64,000 nucleotides of DNA from an uncultured Chlorobiaceae bacterium (GTDB taxonomy: Bacteria; Bacteroidota; Ignavibacteria; UBA10030; SZUA-254): contig CAZFQL010000001.1 of assembly GCA_964520905.1 (NCBI GenBank), positions 183,216 to 247,215 on the forward strand, given 5' to 3'. Below, one piece after another: positions 28,495 to 38,647 of this stretch (position 1 is its first letter; each line of letters opens with the position of its first letter). The position numbers and the translations under genes were made by a program. The notes under the pieces are model-generated. The model was not told the origin of the DNA and made no database searches. It worked only from the letters and a program-made list of their open reading frames with translations.

Positions 28495-30204
28495 ATGGCA
28501 TACCTCGTTACAGCCCGCAAATGGCGGCCCATGGTTTTCGAAGATATCGTCGGACAGTCGCACATCGCTACAACGCTTCGCAATGCGATCTCTACCAACC
28601 GGTTATCGCATTCCTATATCTTCAGCGGACCACGCGGCGTGGGGAAAACAACAACTGCGCGTATCCTTGCAAAAGCAATCAACTGTTTACATTCTAAAAA
28701 TATTAATCCGGATAACGAATGCGAGCTTTGCAGAGAAATAACCGAAGGTCGAAGCGTTAATGTTTTCGAGATAGATGGCGCTTCCAATCGCGGCGTAGAG
28801 GAAATAAGAAATCTAAGGGAAGCCGTTCGTTATGGACCGGCTAAGGGTAAATATAAAGTCTACATCATAGATGAAGTACACATGCTCACGAAAGAGGCGT
28901 TTAACGCGCTTCTGAAAACTCTCGAAGAGCCGCCATCTTATGTTGTGTTCATCTTCGCTACAACCGAAATCCACAAAGTACCTCTAACAATTCTTTCCAG
29001 ATGTCAGCGTTTCGACTTCAGGCGTATAACTATCGACGAGATTACCGAAAGACTCCGGTTCATTGCAACCGAAGACCGTATCAGCATCAGCGATGATGCG
29101 CTCTTTCTCATTGCAAGGAGAGGCGATGGATCCCTCCGGGATGCCCAGAGCATTTTCGATCAGGTCGTTTCATATTGTGGCGAGAAGATAGATGCGAAAC
29201 AGATAATCGCAATGCTCAATATTGTCGATGAAGAAATCTATTTCCGCGTAACAGATTTGATCAAAACAAAAGACGTCAAAGCCGGATTACTGCTTGTTCA
29301 GGAAGTTATTAACCGCGGTTACGATATAAGGGAATTTCTCAACGGACTGATGGAACACTTTCGTAACACGCTGGTATTGATTACGACGAAATCTACTACC
29401 CTGATTGAAACATCGGAATATTATCGTAAACTGTATAATGAGGAGGTAAAAAATTTTTCCGAAATGGATCTTCTCCGTCTGATTAAAATTGCAAGCGAAA
29501 CCGACGCGGCAATTCGCTGGAACCAGCAGCCCCGCTTGAAATTGGAAATAGGTTTGGTGCAGATGATAAAACTCGACAGCAGCATAGAGATCAGCCAGCT
29601 TATAGAACAACTCCGAGAGTTAAAAAAAAACATTCTTAACCCGGCTGATAAAAAAACAATACTCTCTACCGAGATTTCTCCCCCCCAAGCAACGGAAGCT
29701 CCAATCAAAGGCACTGTAAAAGCATCGCCACCAACATTGCATGCAGAGCAGGTTGTTACGATGACAATACCGCTTTCCGAACCGTCGCAGGTATATCAGC
29801 GAGTTTCATTATCTTCATCGCTTTCCAACGAGGAAGCGTTCAGCAAATGGCCAGCGCTCGTTAATGAAACCCTGAAGCAGCGCATCGCGTTGGGCACGAT
29901 GCTCAGTGAAACATCGCTTGTAGAGGTTCGTGACGGCAGGCTCCGGATCGGCTGTCCCGATGATTTTCACCGCGATACATTGACGATGAAACGTAATCAC
30001 CAATTTTTACAAGAGCTTGCAGAAAAAATTTACGGCGCAAAAGTCCAACTCGATGCAATCATATCTCATACCGTTACGCCTAAAAACCAAGCAAGCTACA
30101 CCTCTACTCAACATGAGACTTCCGCTGAGCAAACGAAAACAAACCAGCATCCAGTAGTACTTGCGTTAATAAGGGAATTTGGAGCGAAACCAATCAATCG
30201 TTGA
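28495..30204 (+). CDS. dnaX: DNA polymerase III subunits tau/gamma
   Basis: [23 protein letters not shown] and the Zn module CELC clamp-loader motifs. Confidence 0.95.
   Translation: MAYLVTARKWRPMVFEDIVGQSHIATTLRNAISTNRLSHSYIFSGPRGVGKTTTARILAKAINCLHSKNINPDNECELCREITEGRSVNVFEIDGASNRGVEEIRNLREAVRYGPAKGKYKVYIIDEVHMLTKEAFNALLKTLEEPPSYVVFIFATTEIHKVPLTILSRCQRFDFRRITIDEITERLRFIATEDRISISDDALFLIARRGDGSLRDAQSIFDQVVSYCGEKIDAKQIIAMLNIVDEEIYFRVTDLIKTKDVKAGLLLVQEVINRGYDIREFLNGLMEHFRNTLVLITTKSTTLIETSEYYRKLYNEEVKNFSEMDLLRLIKIASETDAAIRWNQQPRLKLEIGLVQMIKLDSSIEISQLIEQLRELKKNILNPADKKTILSTEISPPQATEAPIKGTVKASPPTLHAEQVVTMTIPLSEPSQVYQRVSLSSSLSNEEAFSKWPALVNETLKQRIALGTMLSETSLVEVRDGRLRIGCPDDFHRDTLTMKRNHQFLQELAEKIYGAKVQLDAIISHTVTPKNQASYTSTQHETSAEQTKTNQHPVVLALIREFGAKPINR
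29622..29630 (+). other. A9 run inside dnaX; candidate transcriptional-slippage or -1 frameshift site for gamma production
   Basis: Codons TTA AAA AAA AAC, with K377 and K378 at about 66% of the gene length. The -1 frame reads AAA CAT TCT TAA, so a stop follows 3 codons after a shift. Confidence 0.5.
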
Positions 30205-30378
30205 TTCATTCTAAGAAGTAGTAGTTTTGCATTTTCCACATTTGCTTTTTAAATCAATTTTCTAAATATTTAATTAGCAATCTAACTAATCATCAAAAAA
30301 TATCGATTATTGATACTGAATAAATATTATCGTTCTCTATAGCACTGTTTCAAGAAAATATTTTTATGAGGTAATGAT

Positions 30379-31443
30379 ATGAAGGTATCAATTTTTGTCG
30401 ATAGAAAAATGCATCTTAAAACTCTTTGCATTCTTATCCTTTTCGTCGGTTCCTCTCCCGATATTATTGCGGCATCCAAAGCAAAATACGCTGGTGAATT
30501 CATTGCCATCGGTGTAGGCGGGCGGGCGCTTGGACTTGGCGGTGCGTATTCTGCCATAGCCAACGATATAACTGCCGGTTACTGGAATCCCGCAGGACTT
30601 TCTTCTCTTATGTATCCGCAAATTTCACTTATGCACGACGAGCGCTTCGCCGGATTGGTAAACTATGACTATGGTGCAATCGCTATTCCGGTAGGATCGG
30701 TTACAACATTTGCCGTTAGTGTCATCCGTCTGGGTGTGGATAATATACCTAACACGCAAAACGCAGGCATCGATGTGAACGGAAACCCGTTACCGCCGGA
30801 TCAATGGCAGAACTTCGATCATCTCGATCAGAGCCGCATCACTTATTTCAATAGTGCAGATTGGGCATTCTATCTGTCGTACGCGAAGAAAGTGAAAGAC
30901 AATTTTTCTTACGGCGCAAACCTAAAAGTAATACGCCGTGAAATGGGGGAAGCCTCGGCAACCGGGATCGGGTTTGATGTTGCGGTAAAATACTTGCCTT
31001 ACGAAAATATCGCGCTTGGCGTTAATCTTCAAGATGTTACTACAACGCTTATTGCCTGGAATAACGGCACGAATCAGCTTGTCACCCCGACGCTTAAGAT
31101 TGGATCTGCATATTTCATCGATGCATTGAGCGGTCGGTTTACGCCCGCTTTCGATGTCGATGTGAGATTCGAAAACAGAAAATATTCTTCCAACGCACAT
31201 CTTGGTTCTATGAGTTTCGATTTCCACGGCGGTCTTGAATTTGATTTTAAAAATCTTGTTGCGCTTCGTGCGGGCTACAGTGATATAGGATCGCTCAATT
31301 TCGGCGTCGGTATTCATCTTCCGAAATTCAACGTCGATTATTCTTTTGTCAAATTCAATAATGACGATCAATTGGGGAACACTCACCGTATCTCGTTGAC
31401 GTTTACGCTTCAAGCCGATCAATTCAAGCGGAGCATCGAGTAA
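30379..31443 (+). CDS. Outer-membrane beta-barrel of the FadL/TodX (PorV/PorQ-like) family; paralog of 13452-14786
   Basis: GGRALGLGGAYSAIANDITAGYWNPAGL after the signal peptide. Confidence 0.6.
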   Translation: MKVSIFVDRKMHLKTLCILILFVGSSPDIIAASKAKYAGEFIAIGVGGRALGLGGAYSAIANDITAGYWNPAGLSSLMYPQISLMHDERFAGLVNYDYGAIAIPVGSVTTFAVSVIRLGVDNIPNTQNAGIDVNGNPLPPDQWQNFDHLDQSRITYFNSADWAFYLSYAKKVKDNFSYGANLKVIRREMGEASATGIGFDVAVKYLPYENIALGVNLQDVTTTLIAWNNGTNQLVTPTLKIGSAYFIDALSGRFTPAFDVDVRFENRKYSSNAHLGSMSFDFHGGLEFDFKNLVALRAGYSDIGSLNFGVGIHLPKFNVDYSFVKFNNDDQLGNTHRISLTFTLQADQFKRSIE

Positions 31444-31446
31444 TCG

Positions 31447-31995
31447 ATGAGAGATCGCCTTCTTCTTCTTATTCTTTCAATCATCCTTGCATCGTGTGCC
31501 GCTAAACTTCCGTACACATCAAATATTCCGCTGACTCGGCAAATATTTCATTCGCGCGACGGCGTGCTTGGAGGCAGAATTCCTCAGGGATGGTTCTCAT
31601 CAACTGAAGATACATTGGCGCCGGCTGTATTGGTTTGGCTTATTAAGGAAGATTTTTCTGCTACCCTAACATTGAAAGAATTAATCCCCGATCAGCTTGC
31701 TAAACAACAGATAAACAAAGAAGGATTAAAGCTTTTGGCTGAGATTAGCTCAAAATTTCAAACAGAAAGCTTCTCAGGACAGGTAATAGCATTCCAAGAG
31801 TTCGATATCAGGGGAAGAAAATTTTGCGGTTATGAAGTTGGAGCCGGGAGTGAACGAAAACGTCTTGTAGTTTTTGCCGCTGGCGGAAAATATTATGAGT
31901 GCGAGATACGAACAATGAAGGGCCTTTGGACCGCCACAGAACTTACGCACCTTTTCAATACACAGCAAACAGTTCTTTCATCTCTCACCTATTGA
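31447..31995 (+). CDS. Lipoprotein, hypothetical; co-operonic with the preceding barrel
   Basis: Lipobox LASC, and only a 3-nt gap after the upstream gene. Confidence 0.5.
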   Translation: MRDRLLLLILSIILASCAAKLPYTSNIPLTRQIFHSRDGVLGGRIPQGWFSSTEDTLAPAVLVWLIKEDFSATLTLKELIPDQLAKQQINKEGLKLLAEISSKFQTESFSGQVIAFQEFDIRGRKFCGYEVGAGSERKRLVVFAAGGKYYECEIRTMKGLWTATELTHLFNTQQTVLSSLTY

Positions 31996-31999
31996 AAAT

Positions 32000-34198
32000 T
32001 TATTTTGTTCTTAAGACAAACACGCCGTTCCAATCATCCGGCGGAGGCGATGCTTTAAATATATGTGATCGCTCGATGTATATTTGAGACGGGTAGTCGT
32101 TAGGAATTAATTCCAGAGATTTCCCGAACATCTGAACCGCCCGATCCCATTCCCGCTGTCTATACAATTGAAGAGCACTGCAATAAACTTCGATGAATTT
32201 CCGTTTGTCGGATGTAACACCATCCTCAACCGTTCCAATAAGCTCATATACACGGATTGGCTCTGTCTTTCCGGCTACAACAAGTAAATCAAGTTCCCTT
32301 GCATAAACATGGCTTTGAACTTTTCTATATGTGTTTTCGCTGATCATCAGACGGGTCTTATACTGTTTATTCGCACTTTCGAGTCGAGCGCCTAAATTCA
32401 CGCTATCCCCGATGACGGTATAATCGAATCGGTTAGCACCGCCCATATTACCTACGATAACTTCGCCTGTATTGATGCCGATACGCGTATTGAGTATGGG
32501 TTTTCCTTCAAGCTGCCAAAGCTTAAACAGGCCGTTTAGAGTACTTTGCATTTGTACTGCTGTTTTACATGCACGAAGAGCATGATCATTTTGCGGCACG
32601 GGCGCTCCCCAGAAAGCGACGATAGCATCGCCCTCGTATTTATCGAGTGTTCCATCGTTGTGTAGGATAATGGCTGTCATCGAATTTAGGTATTCGTTTA
32701 ATATAGCAACGAGAGATTCCGGCGCCATTTTTTCCGATATCTGCGTAAAGTTTTCGATGTCGCTGAAGAATATCGTTAGTTCTTTTCTCTCGCCGCCCAA
32801 TCTTAATTTTTCAGGATGGGCAACCAATTCATCGACTATGGTAGGGTTTACATAACGGCTGAACATACTCTTGATCATAATTTTTTGCTTGCGCTCTGCT
32901 ACATAGTTGTAAACAGTGCTTCCGATATAGCTGATGATGATTGCAAGGAACGGACTCATCATATCGGCAAGGATATTTTTATCGATGAACAGTTTAAGAG
33001 ATATCCAATATATGATGTAGATCTCTGCGAGTATAATAGCAACACCGAATACTTCTATAAGAGCGCTGAACTTCGTGCGGATAGCTTTAAGTCTCTCGGT
33101 GAAAACAAAGGTGAAGAGAGTCAAACCGAAAACAACAAATGCCGTCATCCAGAACGGTTCCCGCGTGATGAAATTACCGTCGATGACGCTCTGGATTACA
33201 TTCGCGTGCATCTCGACACCGTACATCATTTTATTTCCCTGCTTATCGTTAAGCAGCGGAGACAGGAATAAATCTTTATCTTCCGGGACTCGTGATCCTA
33301 CGAGTACAATCTTTCCGTTCAGTATGCTGTCGTGCATAATTCCATAATCGGGATTATCGAAGGTGTTGATATCGGAATTATATTCCAGCTCTTCGGCGGT
33401 TTTGAAATCACTGTCGTCAAGAATATCTGTGATGTTGATTATTCGGAAGGTGCTGTCGGGTCCATAATAGTTGATGAGAAACGATCGTCGATCGTATTGA
33501 GGAATCGTTTTGGTATAATAATAAAAATAGTCATCGCTTAGACTCGATGTATAAGATCTATCGAGATTATAATAGGCGTTCAGCACAGCCATGGAAAATG
33601 CGGGAATAAATTTCTCCTGGTTGTCATCGTAATACAAAGGCATGTAGCGCCGGCATCCGGCATCCATGTCTTGAGGGATATTTGCTATGCCGAAGCCGGT
33701 TGTAGTATCGATAAACCTATTATAGTAGCTTGGATTTTGTTCGTGTATGGTGAATTGAAATCTTTCCGATTTCAACCTGCCTGCGAGAACAATATTCCCG
33801 GATTCTTTGATTTCCCTTCGAAAATTCTCATCTTCAATTTTATCCGTGTCGTAACCGGGAGAAAGAAGAATATCAATGCCGATAACTTTTGCTCCGGCAC
33901 GATTCAGATTTTTCACCAGCCGGGTGTAATACGATTGCGGCCAAGGCCATTTTGCAGGCAACGATTTAAACGATTCACCGTTGATATCAACGACGACAAC
34001 TTTTGAATTATTTTTCAATTTATAGTTGGCTCCGCGTTGCTGGAATCGCAGATCGATAAGGGAAAGTTCGGCGCTTTTAAGCGGAGGAAATTCGAATAAA
34101 ATATTTTGTGTCAACAATAGAACAAATACAGCGACAAAAATACTTATGCTAATGTGAAGAAAAAATAATCGGACTGGTTTGGACAGCATTTGTGCCAT
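32000..34198 (-). CDS. CHASE2-sensor class III adenylate/guanylate cyclase with a C-terminal TPR-like region
   Basis: An N-terminal TM helix, a periplasmic CHASE2-like region and 3 further TM helices. Cyclase core FSDIENFT...KYEGDAIVAFWGAP...GINTGEVIVGNMGG...GDSVNLGARLES. Confidence 0.85.
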   Translation of the reverse strand: MAQMLSKPVRLFFLHISISIFVAVFVLLLTQNILFEFPPLKSAELSLIDLRFQQRGANYKLKNNSKVVVVDINGESFKSLPAKWPWPQSYYTRLVKNLNRAGAKVIGIDILLSPGYDTDKIEDENFRREIKESGNIVLAGRLKSERFQFTIHEQNPSYYNRFIDTTTGFGIANIPQDMDAGCRRYMPLYYDDNQEKFIPAFSMAVLNAYYNLDRSYTSSLSDDYFYYYTKTIPQYDRRSFLINYYGPDSTFRIINITDILDDSDFKTAEELEYNSDINTFDNPDYGIMHDSILNGKIVLVGSRVPEDKDLFLSPLLNDKQGNKMMYGVEMHANVIQSVIDGNFITREPFWMTAFVVFGLTLFTFVFTERLKAIRTKFSALIEVFGVAIILAEIYIIYWISLKLFIDKNILADMMSPFLAIIISYIGSTVYNYVAERKQKIMIKSMFSRYVNPTIVDELVAHPEKLRLGGERKELTIFFSDIENFTQISEKMAPESLVAILNEYLNSMTAIILHNDGTLDKYEGDAIVAFWGAPVPQNDHALRACKTAVQMQSTLNGLFKLWQLEGKPILNTRIGINTGEVIVGNMGGANRFDYTVIGDSVNLGARLESANKQYKTRLMISENTYRKVQSHVYARELDLLVVAGKTEPIRVYELIGTVEDGVTSDKRKFIEVYCSALQLYRQREWDRAVQMFGKSLELIPNDYPSQIYIERSHIFKASPPPDDWNGVFVLRTK

Positions 34199-34205
34199 GT
34201 GCTAA

Positions 34206-36644
34206 TCAGAGGTCTGCACGCAGTATCAGGTTCCAGACAATATCGGTATTGGTGTTCGAAGAGATGTACATCTTTTTATTGAAATAGCAATTAAATTGCG
34301 TCTGAGCGCTGAGATTCTTCCAGAAATAATATTGTGCCCCGGCATTCACCAGCACCCGCTGGATGTCGCCGAATGTCGGACTCAACGAACTATTTAAGCG
34401 AAGTTTATCGTCAAGTAAACGGTACTGCCCATTCGCGTAAAGAGTAGTGTAGGTTAAACTTGCCGGAACGCCCGGCGCACCGCCTGCGGAGACAAATTTA
34501 TTCGAATTAACCGTAAGACTAACAATTGTTTGGAATGGAATGTTGAATTTTGATATTGCGCTTAATGTTACAGCGGTGCCGCGCGTATCGAGATCCCGGA
34601 TTGTATTATCGTTTTTTACGGATGTGCTGACGCTCAGCATGGTATTATGACGAATACCGAATAAAAATTCTTTTCCGATCTGTACAAGTATACGATTTGT
34701 TTTATCGTCAATTGCATAAAGTGAATTGTCTATCTTCATGTCATTGTTGTTAGCGTTACGCAGATAGGCGACACTGATATTCGGGAAATTGATGCTCGGA
34801 TAGTATGAAATTCCGATATTTGCCGTTGTACTCGTTGTTGTGGAAGCTTTTATTTTAGTCGTGTTATCCTGAAGTCGTTCAAAACCGCCAGAGAGGAATA
34901 ACTGATTTCCGATGAGGCGCTGTCGGTCTGAAATGTTATATCCGACCACATCGGTTCGCAGAAAAGATTGTCCGAACGATTCGTAACTTGCACCGTGCCT
35001 GAGATAGTTAAACCTGAAATTATTATCGAAGTAATTTAAAGCTATTCCTGCTTCATACGAGAGCGTTGGAAGGTTTTTCATTGCTAAGGGAATCAGATGC
35101 TCGTTCACCGTTATGACCCGGGAAAATACATCGCGTATGCTGCTGATAGTATTTCTGTCTGATTCTGCATAGTCCGGTTCGGCGAAAATACGATCAATAT
35201 CCGCATTGCTGAACGATCCCTTTGATATATCTTTGTTGGTCGCGCTAAAAGCTGCCTGTCCCGTGATCTCAATATTTCTGTGGTTGAAAGCTAATAAGAA
35301 ATCCGATGCAAGCACAATGTTTTCCATCGGTCTAATTCCGTATTCAATTGAATTCTTGTCGTCAGACGATTTTAAAAAAGTAAATCCTAGATGGGAATCG
35401 TCCCTCCGACCAAAACCGGTCCTGACAACAAAGAGGCGGCGGTCAAAAGTTCCGGGATTCACCTTAACCCATCTCTTGCCGCTTGCCGTGGAATCATAAA
35501 GTACAAATGTTGCATTAGTATTATCGGAATTTTGTTGTGCAATCAGCATGCTGTCCGGGAAAGGTGTGCCGATTACGCTTCCGATGCGCCGTGTAACAGA
35601 TCCGGTTGCGATATCGACATTAAATTTTCCTAAGTCTAAACTTCCCACGAATCCCCAGATGCGTTTGCCGTTCATGATTAGGTCTGGGAATACGGGATAA
35701 CTATCTCCGTACCCAAGCTTTATCCATGGCGACTCCCCGCCGATAAAAAATCTGTTTTGAGGTTGTAAATAATTTTTTTCTTCGCTGGTGATGTACAGAT
35801 TTCCTCGAACACGAAATTCATTATAACTGCCCTTTGCTGTTATCGTTGCGCGATTATAAGACGCAGTGTTGTCCGATATATTTTCCTGTCGGGTTTCAAT
35901 CTGTGCCGAAGCTCCATAAAGCCATGGAGAAAATACTACAGCTGGCTTTTTTTCAGCCATGCCTGATACTGAAAAGCTCCAATCGTAGCTATCAATCTCT
36001 TTTCCCGATGTATCGAATAAAACAACACGTACTGTGTGAGTACCGGATTCAAGAAAGATTGAAGCATTCTCCGGTCTGAGCACGAAAATATCTCCCGCTC
36101 GCACGGAACTATTCGATAAATCGATATCATCGAGAAAAACTTTTGTCAAATTCATACTGATCAAACTGTCATCCTGCGATACTGAAAATGAGATCAGTAC
36201 ATCATTTGGTGCAAGCTTATCCTCCTTATCCGGACTCAAAATAACAAAATCATATGGTTTGATTGGAATATCCTGTAAAGAAATCCGAAACGGTTGTTGC
36301 TCGGGATTCTCGATGGGATACGTTTCCGGATCGGTTTTACCGGTTAATGTCAGGATGAAGTAATATTCAAGAAATGGAGGGAGGATTATTTCCGCAGGCA
36401 GAGTTATAGATGCGGAATTTCCGATGACGGGCATTTCGCTCCGCTTGAAGTCGCGCTCACCGAATTGTCTATATGCGATTTCAATACGGTCTATCTGGTT
36501 GGATTGAAAAAGATCGACCTGGATAGTCAATGGTTGGCTGGCATTGGCAATGCCTACATTAACTTTCGTTATTTTGTCGCTTACCTGTGCAATAGCAACC
36601 TGCACAACGAGGCAACATAACGCAGCAAAAAATAAATTACGCAC
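34206..36644 (-). CDS. Large secreted (likely outer-membrane) hypothetical protein
   Basis: 812 aa with a signal peptide, beta-rich and without a T9SS C-terminal domain. Only an 8-nt gap to the cyclase gene. Confidence 0.5.
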   Translation of the reverse strand: MRNLFFAALCCLVVQVAIAQVSDKITKVNVGIANASQPLTIQVDLFQSNQIDRIEIAYRQFGERDFKRSEMPVIGNSASITLPAEIILPPFLEYYFILTLTGKTDPETYPIENPEQQPFRISLQDIPIKPYDFVILSPDKEDKLAPNDVLISFSVSQDDSLISMNLTKVFLDDIDLSNSSVRAGDIFVLRPENASIFLESGTHTVRVVLFDTSGKEIDSYDWSFSVSGMAEKKPAVVFSPWLYGASAQIETRQENISDNTASYNRATITAKGSYNEFRVRGNLYITSEEKNYLQPQNRFFIGGESPWIKLGYGDSYPVFPDLIMNGKRIWGFVGSLDLGKFNVDIATGSVTRRIGSVIGTPFPDSMLIAQQNSDNTNATFVLYDSTASGKRWVKVNPGTFDRRLFVVRTGFGRRDDSHLGFTFLKSSDDKNSIEYGIRPMENIVLASDFLLAFNHRNIEITGQAAFSATNKDISKGSFSNADIDRIFAEPDYAESDRNTISSIRDVFSRVITVNEHLIPLAMKNLPTLSYEAGIALNYFDNNFRFNYLRHGASYESFGQSFLRTDVVGYNISDRQRLIGNQLFLSGGFERLQDNTTKIKASTTTSTTANIGISYYPSINFPNISVAYLRNANNNDMKIDNSLYAIDDKTNRILVQIGKEFLFGIRHNTMLSVSTSVKNDNTIRDLDTRGTAVTLSAISKFNIPFQTIVSLTVNSNKFVSAGGAPGVPASLTYTTLYANGQYRLLDDKLRLNSSLSPTFGDIQRVLVNAGAQYYFWKNLSAQTQFNCYFNKKMYISSNTNTDIVWNLILRADL

Positions 36645-36714
36645 AGTCCTATTATCGTTAATTGAACGTATTCACAACGATGACAAGATACGAAAAATAC
36701 AATTAATACGCATT

Positions 36715-37428
36715 TTATTGTTGCTTATATCGCAACTTCAATTCTTTTTTATTGCCCTTCGAATCCTGCATTTCAAGCTTCAACTCGTTTATCTTAGCGT
36801 CTGAAGCCGCAGTGATTGCATCGGCAAGTTCTTCTTCTGTTGCAATCCTGGAATAAACGGAGCCATCCTCATTAGAAAACCCGATTGACCCAGCATTAAC
36901 GTCTGTTTCATTACCGGAGATTTTGTTTTTAAGATTGACGCGTCCTTCAGTAACAACAAGTGTATCATGTCCTTGTCCGCCGCTCCACTTTCCCTTTGTA
37001 CCGCGGATAGATGCAACCGAAGTCGGTGATGTGAGACGAAACAGTTCCGCCTTTTGTTTCTGCACTTCGAATTCTAACGAACCTTGAGTTAAATGATTTT
37101 CCTTTATGAATGAATTTTGTTTGCCCGTGCCATTCATCGTCAGAATGGATTGTTCTCTCAAGCGCACGATGCTTTTATCCTTAAACTTAATCAACGCAAG
37201 CGATCCCTTTCCTGTCTGAACCTGATCGCCGACGAATAATACATCGCCGGTGCTTGCCGGCATATAATCGTTTTGAGAAGATTTTTTCTTGACATCTTTA
37301 ATAGTCTTCTGAATAACTGCAAGATCGATATTGCCGGCGGCAATTATAAAGTTAGACAATAAAGAACTCGTTAAAAGTATAAGAATTAATGATTTTAAAA
37401 TATATGAATGTCGGTTTTTCATGGTCAT
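36715..37428 (-). CDS. FecR-domain secreted protein
   Basis: Signal peptide, then the FecR-like segment DVLFVGDQVQTGKGSLALIKFKDKSIVRLREQSILTM. Confidence 0.55.
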   Translation of the reverse strand: MTMKNRHSYILKSLILILLTSSLLSNFIIAAGNIDLAVIQKTIKDVKKKSSQNDYMPASTGDVLFVGDQVQTGKGSLALIKFKDKSIVRLREQSILTMNGTGKQNSFIKENHLTQGSLEFEVQKQKAELFRLTSPTSVASIRGTKGKWSGGQGHDTLVVTEGRVNLKNKISGNETDVNAGSIGFSNEDGSVYSRIATEEELADAITAASDAKINELKLEMQDSKGNKKELKLRYKQQ

Positions 37429-37448
37429 TCTCCTTTATCAATCAATTA

Positions 37449-38519
37449 TTACTCAAAGCTCAATTCGATAGAATCGCTCATTGAACGTAATTCGTTCAGT
37501 AGTTTCAGTAAATCTTCTTTTGAGTAAGTGCGGCCATTAAGCAAATATGTTCCTGTGAGGATATAATTATCTCTTTCGATATCCTGAAAAATCTTCGGAT
37601 ATCTATTGCCATATGTATCTTTGAGATATGTAAGAATAAAATCTTCCGAACGAATCTGCGGAGAGCTTGAAACTGTAAAGAGACGTATCGGACTTGAGAC
37701 TTCCACATCTGTCCCGCCCGGTCCGGCCGTTTTACTTACAACTTTCCAAGCGTAGGTTTTTCCGAACTCAAGATGACGTCCGCCTGAATAAAAAAATGAA
37801 TTTTGTCCCACTAATTCTGTTTCAACCATCAGCGGCTCATGAGATATTGCCTCTTCGCGTGATTGCTCGGGGTTCTTTTCTGCAACTGTTAATACAGCTC
37901 TATTCCCGTCGTGGAAGAATTCAAAGAGCGGAAATTCATTTGTCATTTCACCTTCCTGCGGAGAAAGGAGATCGACTCTTGATGAATTTAGCAGTACGAT
38001 ATCAATCGGTGGACCGAGAAATGGAATATTATCAGAGCAGATGATTGCAATTTGGAATCTATATATCCCAGCGGGAAATTTACCTGTTGCAAGGGCGACA
38101 TCTTGTACATCTTCTTTTGCGCGTGAGTCGAGCTTGAATTCTTGTCTCTGAATAGAACGTCCGATATCTAAATTTGTGTATGTCGCGCCTACCGGTGAAA
38201 CGAAGAAACTCTTGGATGTAAAATCGGCGGCATTGGGATATGTGCTGCCATTTGCGAGATTTATATTCAATATAATGCGCAGTCGCACTGTATCACCGCG
38301 CGCGCTCGGACCTAATCTCACCGTAAATAACAATGTCGTGCTCTCAAAATGATCAAAGTCTATGTCGGCGATTGTCAGTTGTTGAACCGGGGCGGGTATA
38401 ATATCAATAATAGATGTCTCACACTGTGCCTGTATTTCTGTGGTGATGGCAAAACTGAGTATTGTCAAGATTAGAAAAACAAACGGCAGTATGGCAATAT
38501 TAAAACACTTCATTTTCAT
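37449..38519 (-). CDS. Secreted hypothetical protein
   Basis: 356 aa with a signal peptide; first gene of the apparent operon ending in the CHASE2 cyclase. Confidence 0.5.
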   Translation of the reverse strand: MKMKCFNIAILPFVFLILTILSFAITTEIQAQCETSIIDIIPAPVQQLTIADIDFDHFESTTLLFTVRLGPSARGDTVRLRIILNINLANGSTYPNAADFTSKSFFVSPVGATYTNLDIGRSIQRQEFKLDSRAKEDVQDVALATGKFPAGIYRFQIAIICSDNIPFLGPPIDIVLLNSSRVDLLSPQEGEMTNEFPLFEFFHDGNRAVLTVAEKNPEQSREEAISHEPLMVETELVGQNSFFYSGGRHLEFGKTYAWKVVSKTAGPGGTDVEVSSPIRLFTVSSSPQIRSEDFILTYLKDTYGNRYPKIFQDIERDNYILTGTYLLNGRTYSKEDLLKLLNELRSMSDSIELSFE

Positions 38520-38647
38520 AGATACTCCATTTTTGGTGCCATTATAATTTATGCAAAAGTATAATAAATTCTCTGTATTTAATCAATACCCAGTATAATA
38601 TAGAACACATCCCATAAACTCAACGTGTGTAATATCACTAAATGCGC

